This document shows, piece by piece, positions 8,371 through 15,433 of a stretch of 15,433 bases of DNA. The translations under genes and the position numbers were made by a program. Source of the DNA: Candidatus Altiarchaeales archaeon (GTDB lineage: Archaea; Altiarchaeota; Altiarchaeia; IMC4; QMZM01); NCBI GenBank assembly GCA_003663175.1, contig QMZM01000018.1:1-15433 (forward strand), given 5' to 3'. Below the pieces are notes generated by a model that saw only the letters and a list, made by a program, of their open reading frames with translations, was not told the DNA's origin and made no database searches. Position 1 is the first letter of the stretch. Each line of letters begins with the position of its first letter.

Positions 8371-9519
8371 ATGGCTTTAATACCACTTGGAGAAGGTCAA
8401 AAGAGGAGAGGGTTTTCGCTCAGAGGTAAGCAGGAGACCGGATTTAGATGGATGGATGTGATCTATGTTCTAATAATGGCATTTCTTTTTGTTATGCTTA
8501 TATTCCCCCCAACAGATGCGATCGTAATTGGAAATTTTTATATAAATTTTCGCCTCTTTGTTTTACTGTTGATTGCCATCCTATATATCCAAAGGACTAT
8601 TGTTAAATTTGATGAATATGAGAGGGGCGTTGTTTTTAGGCTGGGTAAATTCAAGGAAGTTGCCGGACCTGGTTGGACACTGATTTTCCCGCTTCTTGAG
8701 AAGTATGTTAGGGTAGATTTGAGGTTGCATGTATATACCATAGACCCCCAAGAGGTTGTTACAAGGGATAAGGTTAGATTCTTGGTATCGCCGGAGGTTT
8801 TTATGTATGTATCGGACCCAAAGAGTGCAGTTATAAATGTCAGAGATTATGAGAGTGCAGTCCTAAGCTATGTAAATTCCGCATTAACCCATATATGTGG
8901 AAGTTCCACTTCTGACTATATAGTTTCTCATATGGATGAGATAACTCATAAGATCGAGGCATCCATACATAAAGCCGCAAATCAGCCGGGGAGAGAATGG
9001 GGTGTGGTTGTTCCGAAGATTAAATTAACATTTATAAGATTTCCCGAGAAGGTACAGGATGCCATGCATGAGAAGGTTGCTGCAGAGCAATTGAAGTTGG
9101 CTGCACATGAAAAGGCCGAAGCAATTAAGGTTGAAATCGATGCCATTAGAGAAGCTGGTTCTAAATTGACAGACCCTGCTCTAACATATATGTACTTAGA
9201 GGCATTAGATAAGATCGCGAGAGGAAGGGCAACAAAAATAGTATTGCCGTTGGAGATTTCAAGATTGGCAGAATCGATTACAAAGAGGACTGGTGTTTCT
9301 CCGGAGTCATTAATTACACCAGAGATGGTCAATTATTACAAAGATGTTATGGATAAGTATGAACAGAGGATAAGAAGCATAGAGAAGAAACTAGAGAAGG
9401 ATGAAATCGAACCAAAGAGATTAGAAGAGTACAAGGAGGATATTGAAAAAGAGGAGGAAGAATATAAAAAGAGAATTGAGGAAATAAAGAAGAGATTGGG
9501 TGTGATTAAAAATGAGTGA
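8371..9519 (+). CDS. SPFH/band-7 (stomatin/prohibitin-like) membrane protein with a long KE-rich coiled-coil C-terminus
   Basis: N-terminal TM helix, then the SPFH core FDEYERGVVFRLGKFKEVAGPGWTLIFPLLEKYVRVDLRLHVYTIDPQEVVTRDKVRFLV. The C-terminal third is charged heptad-like (EEYKEDIEKEEEEYKKRIEEIKKRL). Confidence 0.85.
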   Translation: MALIPLGEGQKRRGFSLRGKQETGFRWMDVIYVLIMAFLFVMLIFPPTDAIVIGNFYINFRLFVLLLIAILYIQRTIVKFDEYERGVVFRLGKFKEVAGPGWTLIFPLLEKYVRVDLRLHVYTIDPQEVVTRDKVRFLVSPEVFMYVSDPKSAVINVRDYESAVLSYVNSALTHICGSSTSDYIVSHMDEITHKIEASIHKAANQPGREWGVVVPKIKLTFIRFPEKVQDAMHEKVAAEQLKLAAHEKAEAIKVEIDAIREAGSKLTDPALTYMYLEALDKIARGRATKIVLPLEISRLAESITKRTGVSPESLITPEMVNYYKDVMDKYEQRIRSIEKKLEKDEIEPKRLEEYKEDIEKEEEEYKKRIEEIKKRLGVIKNE

Positions 9520-9787
9520 TGAAGATTTAAACACCAATAACATCACAATCGATGAAAGTGGGAAATCTGTTACCGTGAGAGTAAATCCAAAATTATACAA
9601 GGTTCATGTAATAATGAGGGCCGCCGACGAATTAATTGACGATAATCACATAATAATAAATGGTGACCCAGAAAAAAGCATAATAGTGAAATTTATATCA
9701 AAAAAGGACGAGGTGACGAGGGAGGAATTGTTAAAGACGGCGTACGAATTTAACACATTATTGGTTGCGATAAGTGGCAAGGGTTAA
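9512..9787 (+). CDS. Hypothetical 91-aa soluble protein, translationally coupled between the SPFH gene and the REase-fold/PAP2 fusion gene
   Basis: Its start overlaps the SPFH stop (ATGA at about 9512-9519). Its end overlaps the next ORF by 14 nt. There is no TM segment and no recognisable motif. Confidence 0.6.
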   Translation: MSDEDLNTNNITIDESGKSVTVRVNPKLYKVHVIMRAADELIDDNHIIINGDPEKSIIVKFISKKDEVTREELLKTAYEFNTLLVAISGKG

Positions 9788-11537
9788 TATGGACATCCCC
9801 TTCATATTTGATAAGGGTCCCCCAGAGCCCGAAAGACTAGAATTGGATGAGAACAAACTGAGAAAACTTCTATCTAAATTATTACCCGAATTTAATCTAG
9901 AGATAAAATATATGGAAAGGACCAGGGAGGGAGACATTATTATCGTTTCTCATCATTTTGTCCTAAATAAAGATGTAAGAACCCTTCTCAGGGCCATCTC
10001 ATATCACGGTCCGATAGAAAGAGAAGATATTGAGGACCTTCAAGAAGATATGTTACAAATTGGTGCAATAAATGGCATTCTAATTACATCTTCATATTTT
10101 ACGAAGGATGCGCAGAAATATGCCAAACACTTGCCAATAAGACTTGTTGATGGAGCCGAGCTAATAGAACTCTTAGAGGAACATAGGGTTGTTGAGGCAA
10201 AGGGGGCGTTTCTTCCAAGATTCACCGATGAAGAGGTTATAGATTATTTTGAGAATAGGAAAAGGGAAAGATTATTTGGGCTTTTTCCATCCGATGAGAA
10301 GATCGTCGAGATAGATAGGAGATATATTCCATTGGCACAGTTTAGATTTAGGCAAATTCTTAATGATAAGGAAATTATAAGGAATGTTTATGTTGATCTA
10401 CACAGCGGCGATGTTCTCTACCTGGAGGAGGATAAGATAATGCGAGATGACTTCATAAGGAGGATCATGGATCTGCCTCAAGATGCAAAAAAGGAGTATA
10501 TGGATTTGATAAGATATGGGGAATTAAAACATAAGTATGTCAAGGGAAAAACTCTAAATATATTGGAGAGGAAGGGTCTTGTGATTGTTCAGATGGACGG
10601 TAGGGGCGATAAATTAAATCTAATACTCGATGAAATTTCAGACGCCGTCACTATAACAACAAGTGAGATTTCAACACCAACATCTGAAGCGCCAAAACTA
10701 AAGAAGAGAGAGAAAGAAAAACAAGTTAGGGCAATTATCTATAAACCGGAGATCGATATATCATTTGACCTTGAGCACTTTATGGAATTCAGTAAAGAAA
10801 TAAAAAAGGAATTCGACCCAGATCCAATAAATTACAAATATGATGAGATTTTGGATATATTGCAAAATTTATACAAGAAAGATAAGATTTCATATGATGG
10901 TCTTGTCTATTTGCCATATTATAAGTGTAAGTATGTGACTTCAGATAATGTAGAAAGGTATGATAAATTAATTGCTCCAAAATTCAAACCATTCATGCCA
11001 AAATTTGATAAGTATCTTATCTATAGAATTATCGACAAATTTCCCGCAATTCCATATCTATTTATAGCTATCATGTATTTAATTATAAATTTGAAGGAAA
11101 TCGACAAAGTGATACATATATTTTCATCCGCGTTCATATTTTTATTGATTTGTATTATAGTTGGAATTCTGCTGAAGATTATATTCAAAACGGAGAGAAG
11201 AATTCCGAGGTATACCGGCACAATAGCAAAATATGGATTTCCATCAATTCATAGTATGGCATCCATCGGTGGCATAGCATTTGTGTATTTTGTAAATCCA
11301 TTCTTCGCATTGCTTCTAATCCCCCTGGGTTTGCTCTATGTGCACTCAAGAATTAGCCTCAAGGTCCATTCCGAGATCGATGTCTTGGGAGGGGCGATCA
11401 TTGGAATAATAATTGGAATATTCTGTGGAATCTACATACTTAAAATCCATTTGCCATATGAAATAGAAATTCTATTTAGTATCCTATTCTTTATCGTGCC
11501 ATTGGCCATAACATTTATAGAACTAAGAATGCGATAA
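9774..11537 (+). CDS. Fusion protein: N-terminal Mrr-like restriction-endonuclease-fold domain plus a central region, then a C-terminal PAP2 (type-2 phosphatidic acid / polyprenyl-pyrophosphate phosphatase) multi-TM domain
   Basis: The N-terminal ...GILITSSYFTKDAQKYAKHLPIRLVDGAELIELL... closely matches the C-terminal half of the Mrr_cat restriction-endonuclease domain (gilvTtssFtkeAreyA...ieLidgeeLlell). The canonical D...(E/Q)xK catalytic residues are not obvious. The C-terminal 150 aa are hydrophobic and carry the PAP2 motifs PSIHS (PSGH) and SRISLKVHSEID (SRxxxxxHxxxD). A KTERRIPRY segment approximates motif 1 (Kx6RP). Confidence 0.7.
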   Translation: MARVNMDIPFIFDKGPPEPERLELDENKLRKLLSKLLPEFNLEIKYMERTREGDIIIVSHHFVLNKDVRTLLRAISYHGPIEREDIEDLQEDMLQIGAINGILITSSYFTKDAQKYAKHLPIRLVDGAELIELLEEHRVVEAKGAFLPRFTDEEVIDYFENRKRERLFGLFPSDEKIVEIDRRYIPLAQFRFRQILNDKEIIRNVYVDLHSGDVLYLEEDKIMRDDFIRRIMDLPQDAKKEYMDLIRYGELKHKYVKGKTLNILERKGLVIVQMDGRGDKLNLILDEISDAVTITTSEISTPTSEAPKLKKREKEKQVRAIIYKPEIDISFDLEHFMEFSKEIKKEFDPDPINYKYDEILDILQNLYKKDKISYDGLVYLPYYKCKYVTSDNVERYDKLIAPKFKPFMPKFDKYLIYRIIDKFPAIPYLFIAIMYLIINLKEIDKVIHIFSSAFIFLLICIIVGILLKIIFKTERRIPRYTGTIAKYGFPSIHSMASIGGIAFVYFVNPFFALLLIPLGLLYVHSRISLKVHSEIDVLGGAIIGIIIGIFCGIYILKIHLPYEIEILFSILFFIVPLAITFIELRMR

Positions 11538-11846
11538 TTAGTATCCTGCGGGCCTACTATATAGAAAATTAACCAGGGCCAGTGCAAGGGCAATTATAAA
11601 AAGACCAAGGAGCGTATAAATTAAGCCATTTCTGGCTTCTCTTTTGTCCTCGGTGGTGGAGGCGGTTATAAATTTAAATCCATGAAATATTAATAGGAGA
11701 GTCGCAAATGCTGTGGATATCCCATATATAAGATTCACGAAATCCCAGATCGATGCCTCCCTCAACTCGATGGGTATGATGTGCTGAGAATAAACATTAG
11801 AAATTAATATAAAGACTAAAAAAATTACCAAGATTTTATATTTCAT
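11538..11846 (-). CDS. VirB2/TrbC-like pilin candidate (conjugative or Ced-type pilus subunit), 102 aa
   Basis: Cleavable signal peptide MKYKILVIFLVFILISNVYS|QH. The mature part of about 80 aa has two hydrophobic helices (IWDFVNLIYGISTAFATLLLIFHGF and GLIYTLLGLFIIALALALVNFLY) separated by a short polar loop (TASTTEDKREARN). This is the hallmark size and topology of VirB2/TrbC/TraA/CedA1 pilins. It lies in an operon with a VirB4-like ATPase. Confidence 0.6.
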   Translation of the reverse strand: MKYKILVIFLVFILISNVYSQHIIPIELREASIWDFVNLIYGISTAFATLLLIFHGFKFITASTTEDKREARNGLIYTLLGLFIIALALALVNFLYSRPAGY

Positions 11847-11885
11847 ATTTTCCCTTCACTATTGAATTTAATTTAAATCCTTGGG

Positions 11886-12146
11886 TTATACCATATTTGC
11901 CCTTATTATCTCCTCCAATATTTCAAGAAACTTCTTTTCTTGATCCTCGGTCAATTCAACTAAACCACCTTCTTCGATGCGCAAATCGTTGTTGTCTGCA
12001 ACAACAACCAATGCCCTTGAAACTGGGACACCGAATATCTTTCTCAGATCTTCGTTGGCATTCAGGTCCTTTATTATATTCTCAAGTATGTCCATCCGTA
12101 TTCCAACCCTGTCCGGGTTTACCTTCTCGGTTTCTTCTTCTGGCAT
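11886..12146 (-). CDS. Small acidic soluble protein (86 aa) of unknown function inside the VirB4/pilin cluster
   Basis: Clean ORF 15 nt downstream of the VirB4-like gene and 39 nt upstream of the pilin gene, on the same strand. Glu/Asp-rich with no TM. Confidence 0.55.
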   Translation of the reverse strand: MPEEETEKVNPDRVGIRMDILENIIKDLNANEDLRKIFGVPVSRALVVVADNNDLRIEEGGLVELTEDQEKKFLEILEEIIRANMV

Positions 12147-12161
12147 TTTTCATACCTCCAT

Positions 12162-14468
12162 TTATTTCGTTTCAAATATCTTCCTTATCTTTGCGGGAAC
12201 TTGAGTCCTCAACAGTATTTCACCAAATTCATCATATTTCTTTAATTCTGGATCTGTGACAACATAGAAATAGATGTCATATCTCCTTAACATTTTTAGT
12301 TTATCCCTCATTCTATCTAAGCTTATTTCAACATTTGGTTCTGCAATTATCTCTATCGCCACTATCTCTCCAGTTAATGTCTCAAATGTTATATCTGGCA
12401 GTGTTGTGTGATGAATTAACACCCTATCGGTATATTTCTTTATTTCTTCGTATATGAGATACTGCAAAACGAAATGTTCATCAGTTTCTTTGGTTTCATT
12501 TCTTATAATAAACACCTCATTCATTCCTTCTAAGTTCTCCACCTTAACCTCGTGGAATCCCATATTAAGAAGAGCCTGCATTTCATCATAACTCAACTTA
12601 GCTTCACGATGGATCGGCTTTGTCACATCAAATTCCATCTTGGCTTCATATTCGACCTCTGGACCCTTTTTCTCTTCTCTTACCAATTCTCTCAACTCAT
12701 CTGGCTTTGTTGTTATTATACGATGTTCCTCGGGCGATGCTTGGATATAGATGGGCACCCTTGAATTCCCAGCTATAAGTAATGCATTACCGATACCCGC
12801 TCTCTTCACGAATTCTGCCTCGGCCTCATTTAAATGAAATCTTTCCACAATATCATCTATTACCGTTGTATCTTGCTTTAATAATAATTTTGTTGCCGTG
12901 TTTGCCATTACTGCCCTACCAGCCCTCGATGTCAACACATCCTCAACATCTTGGGTTATCATTATAAGACCGAGATTGAATTTTCTACAGGTCTTTATTA
13001 TTCTGAAGACATACTCCCCCTCTTCACCGGCCGATAGGACAGTCCATGCCTCGTCTATAACAACAATCTTCCTCTTCTTAGATTTCTTCATTTGATTGTA
13101 GATATATTCCAAAAGGAGGAACATAATTGGACCCTTCCCAACATCTGGTATATCCCTTATATCGAATGATATCATTCTATTGTCCAATTCCATCTTTGTG
13201 TGCTGATTTAGAAATCTGAGACCACCAGTGACAAATGGCTTTAATCTCGTCACTATGGCCATTGCAGGTTTATAGATTATATCCTTATCGGACCTTGTTA
13301 ATGGAAGTACATGATTATATAAATCCTCGAGGATTGGTGGTGTTTTGGACCACGTTCTTGGGTCATGGGTAATCCCAGCATCTTCATATGTAGAATCAAT
13401 ACAATCATCTAGGATCGCCCTCATACTCTCGTCCATTCCACCCATCAACACTCTAAAGAATGAAAGCAGAGATAATTTCTTCTCATCATAACTCTGGCCC
13501 AACATATCCATGGGATTTATAATGTTATCCGAATCCGGCGCGATCCTAATTATCTTACCATCAAATGTCTTCACCAAGTCGGTATATTCTGCTTGCGGGT
13601 CAATTATATTTATATCAACACCCTCCATAAATTCCCTCATAATTAATAATTTTATACAATAGCTCTTCCCACCGCCCGATGTACCCAAGACAATTATATT
13701 TGGATTACTCAGCTCAAAGGGATCAATAATTATGGGGATATTATTTATCTGATTAAACCCTATCAAGATTCCCGTTGTGTGATGCTCGAGTGAAGTAGTT
13801 GCGAATGGGAAGCACGCCGCTACCCCAGATGATGTAATGTTTCTTGTTATATGAATCTCATCATTCCCTATTGGCAATACCGACCTTAATGCGGAGTACA
13901 TCTGAAATGATGGAATCTTCGGTGTTATCATTATCGATGTCATGTTCGCCTTTATCTTACTTGTGACCTTATCCAAGGTTTTTTTGTCATGCGCCTTTGC
14001 ATCAATATATAGACTCATATCGAACATCTTCTCAGTCCCAGCCTGTATCTGGCTCAGCAGTGCCATTGTATCTTGATGCTTTTGTATCAATGATTGTGGA
14101 ACGATCTTGCCCTCGGACTCAAGTGCATAGATGTCTGTCTTCTGCTTTTTCAGTTCATTTTCCAACATCGTTATTGTAGATTCAATTGAATACGGTCTTA
14201 TATGAATTGATAAATCAAAATCGAGATTCATCTCAATAAGCCTTGTTAACCATCCCGGCTCAACCACCCTGGGAAAATTTATTGCCGCAATTACCCTGTG
14301 AAATTTGTTATCTATATCGATATAGTCTGGATGCCTCTTAATTGTGGAGGGTGATGTCAAATATGTTAGTAATTTATTCTTGTATTCATCATACAATTTC
14401 TTCTTCCCTTCCTTTTTCTTCTTCATGAATGGCAGTTTTTTTATTGGAAGTTTTATGTTTGGAAACAT
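12162..14468 (-). CDS. VirB4/TrbE/TraC (CedB-like) family conjugation-type ATPase, 768 aa. It appears to lack its usual N-terminal domain, which is encoded by the upstream ORF.
   Basis: The mid-domain FHRVIAAINFPRVVEPGWLTRLIEMNLDFDLSIHIRP matches the conserved VirB4 region (y.r.l.i..yP..v..gwl..L......d.s.hi.p). Walker A is IIVLGTSGGGKSYCIK. The next block is IIDPQAEYTDLV...GKIIRIAPDSDNIINPMD (cf. iDpkGEy..l....gG..i.l.....NPld). Walker B is RKIVVIDEAWTVL. The family-specific ...CRKFNLGLIMITQDVEDV matches (gRKyn..l.laTQ...d). Confidence 0.85.
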   Translation of the reverse strand: MFPNIKLPIKKLPFMKKKKEGKKKLYDEYKNKLLTYLTSPSTIKRHPDYIDIDNKFHRVIAAINFPRVVEPGWLTRLIEMNLDFDLSIHIRPYSIESTITMLENELKKQKTDIYALESEGKIVPQSLIQKHQDTMALLSQIQAGTEKMFDMSLYIDAKAHDKKTLDKVTSKIKANMTSIMITPKIPSFQMYSALRSVLPIGNDEIHITRNITSSGVAACFPFATTSLEHHTTGILIGFNQINNIPIIIDPFELSNPNIIVLGTSGGGKSYCIKLLIMREFMEGVDINIIDPQAEYTDLVKTFDGKIIRIAPDSDNIINPMDMLGQSYDEKKLSLLSFFRVLMGGMDESMRAILDDCIDSTYEDAGITHDPRTWSKTPPILEDLYNHVLPLTRSDKDIIYKPAMAIVTRLKPFVTGGLRFLNQHTKMELDNRMISFDIRDIPDVGKGPIMFLLLEYIYNQMKKSKKRKIVVIDEAWTVLSAGEEGEYVFRIIKTCRKFNLGLIMITQDVEDVLTSRAGRAVMANTATKLLLKQDTTVIDDIVERFHLNEAEAEFVKRAGIGNALLIAGNSRVPIYIQASPEEHRIITTKPDELRELVREEKKGPEVEYEAKMEFDVTKPIHREAKLSYDEMQALLNMGFHEVKVENLEGMNEVFIIRNETKETDEHFVLQYLIYEEIKKYTDRVLIHHTTLPDITFETLTGEIVAIEIIAEPNVEISLDRMRDKLKMLRRYDIYFYVVTDPELKKYDEFGEILLRTQVPAKIRKIFETK

Positions 14469-14469
14469 T

Positions 14470-15360
14470 TTAGGATTCAGATAAAATTTGGGTTGAGGAT
14501 TTGGATATCTTTTCTGGGGTCTTCCACAATCTCTTATACATTGTTACTGGAGATACAAATTCCTCATCGATATAGATCATCTCTGTGAAATACGATGCAT
14601 ATAAATTCAACAATTCCTTGGTATTCAATCTCTTTGAATTTATTCCAGAATATGATAGTGAATCCATAATATTTCTACACCGCACATCAAGACTTCTCAG
14701 GACCTCTCTCTCATCCCAGTGTTTCTTCGCCGGAATTACGATGTAGAATAATCTATCATTTATCTTTATATCCTTTATAAATTCATTCATATATGTTGCA
14801 AAGTGTTCATAATATGCTAAGGAAATCTTATCATCCCTCTCCTCAATTCTCCTCTTTAATGCTGCGAGATAATCACCAATATCCAAATTGACACTCTTCA
14901 TAACAATCTGAATTGGAAAATCAATTGTATTCAAAAATTCTAAAAAACCATATATCACGGAATCTTGGTCATCCTTGCTCAGCATACCAAAATTTATTGG
15001 GGTTACCTGTATAATCCCCAATGCCCTACCATCTTTCATAAACACGGTATCTGCCCTTATGTCCTTCACCTCCATGAGGTTCTGTGCATCTGGAGACAGC
15101 CAAGAAATCCTCTTCTTAGCCCCGGCAAATGTGGCGAGAGTCATGATATAGGCATCTAAGTTCAGTAAAGCAAATGCTAAGCCCCCTCCACCAACGACCA
15201 AAACGATTAATATTTTAAAAAACTCCGGCTTTATATTGGAAAACATCCAAACATATAGGCAAATTGCCCCAGCAACTCCAATATATATGGATTGCTTTAT
15301 TGTAAATGGTCCGATGAATCTCTCCTCATACTTCACATCGGTTGGAATTATTACTGGCAT
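14470..15360 (-). CDS. Membrane protein with a 2-TM, VirB3-like N-terminus plus a VirB4 N-terminal-domain-like soluble region. It is probably the 5' portion of a split or frameshifted VirB3-VirB4 gene.
   Basis: Two TM helices (SIYIGVAGAICLYVWMF and ILIVLVVGGGGLAFALLNL). Then EVKDIRADTVFMKDGRALGIIQVTPINFGMLSKDDQDSVIYGFLEFLNTIDFPIQIVMKS, which matches the N-terminal domain of TraC/VirB4-type ATPases (I.dg.i..kdG.y..il.v.pinf.l.s..e......f...l..l....qi....). Its stop TAA (14470-14472) is followed by one nt and then the ATG of the ATPase ORF. Confidence 0.7.
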   Translation of the reverse strand: MPVIIPTDVKYEERFIGPFTIKQSIYIGVAGAICLYVWMFSNIKPEFFKILIVLVVGGGGLAFALLNLDAYIMTLATFAGAKKRISWLSPDAQNLMEVKDIRADTVFMKDGRALGIIQVTPINFGMLSKDDQDSVIYGFLEFLNTIDFPIQIVMKSVNLDIGDYLAALKRRIEERDDKISLAYYEHFATYMNEFIKDIKINDRLFYIVIPAKKHWDEREVLRSLDVRCRNIMDSLSYSGINSKRLNTKELLNLYASYFTEMIYIDEEFVSPVTMYKRLWKTPEKISKSSTQILSES

Positions 15361-15433
15361 TTTAATTTAATTATTATTTGAATTTTGCAATTATTAGTCT
15401 CTTATATCTATATCTTCCTTGAGTGTCTACATA

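Noticed and set aside
9774-10200. Calling the 587-aa protein an active Type IV (Mrr-like) restriction enzyme
   Set aside because: The canonical D...(E/Q)xK catalytic residues are not evident upstream of the well-conserved GILITSSYFTKDAQKYAK segment. The protein is also membrane-anchored through a PAP2 domain. I therefore report only the fold-level similarity.
2324-15159. Numerous 60-120-aa ORFs in the track that lie antisense to, or nested within, the large genes. Examples are 2324..2515+, 3786..4004+, 4020..4256+, 4504..4695+, 4912..5121-, 5606..5956-, 6046..6273+, 6566..6748+, 6877..7074+, 7918..8130-, 8538..8741-, 8982..9332-, 10040..10225-, 10789..10980-, 11021..11221-, 11897..12259+, 11977..12204+, 12552..13095+, 13997..14179+ and 14965..15159+.
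   Set aside because: Each overlaps a longer ORF that has clear family-specific motifs on the opposite strand or in another frame. Their translations are low-complexity or Ser/Leu/Pro-rich, as expected from antisense reading of AT-rich coding DNA, and none has a recognisable motif.
1-15433. CRISPR array or other tandem DNA repeats
   Set aside because: No regularly spaced direct repeats were visible. The apparent repetition in 1..1755 is at the protein level (beta-helix repeat units with degenerate codons), not a DNA tandem repeat.
15361-15433. Promoter for the VirB3/VirB4 operon in the final 73 nt
   Set aside because: The region is extremely AT-rich (aataataattaaattaaa immediately before the ATG), so TATA-like matches are not informative. 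The operon may well start further upstream, beyond the window.

Overview
AT-rich, gene-dense archaeal chromosomal segment. Archaeal assignment rests on an S17e ribosomal protein, a DRG-type GTPase, an AglH-type GlcNAc-1-P transferase, an intron-less tRNA-Gly(GCC) without encoded CCA, and TATA-like boxes about 25-30 nt upstream of start codons. Left to right the window holds the following. A large N-terminal fragment of a secreted parallel beta-helix surface protein, packed with N-glycosylation sequons, on the - strand and running off the window edge. A - strand block: a 111-aa hypothetical, an MFS transporter and an HExxH polytopic membrane protein that may be an M50/S2P-like protease. A DRG/Obg-family GTPase on +. 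Ribosomal protein S17e, signal-peptide peptidase SppA and tRNA-Gly on -. A + strand block: AglH/GPT-like dolichyl-phosphate GlcNAc-1-P transferase, then a translationally coupled tricistron of an SPFH/stomatin protein, a 91-aa unknown, and an unusual 587-aa fusion of an Mrr-like restriction-endonuclease-fold domain with a C-terminal PAP2 lipid-phosphatase membrane domain. The most notable region is a - strand cluster (11.5-15.4 kb) that looks like a minimal conjugation-type (Ced/Ted/T4SS-like) DNA-transfer apparatus. It has a VirB2/TrbC-like pilin, a small acidic unknown protein, a VirB4/TrbE-like ATPase, and an upstream 2-TM protein carrying what looks like the VirB4 N-terminal domain. That upstream protein is separated from the ATPase ORF by TAA-A-ATG, which suggests a split or frameshifted gene. 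The cluster probably continues beyond the window end. No CRISPR array, rRNA, integrase or transposase was seen.
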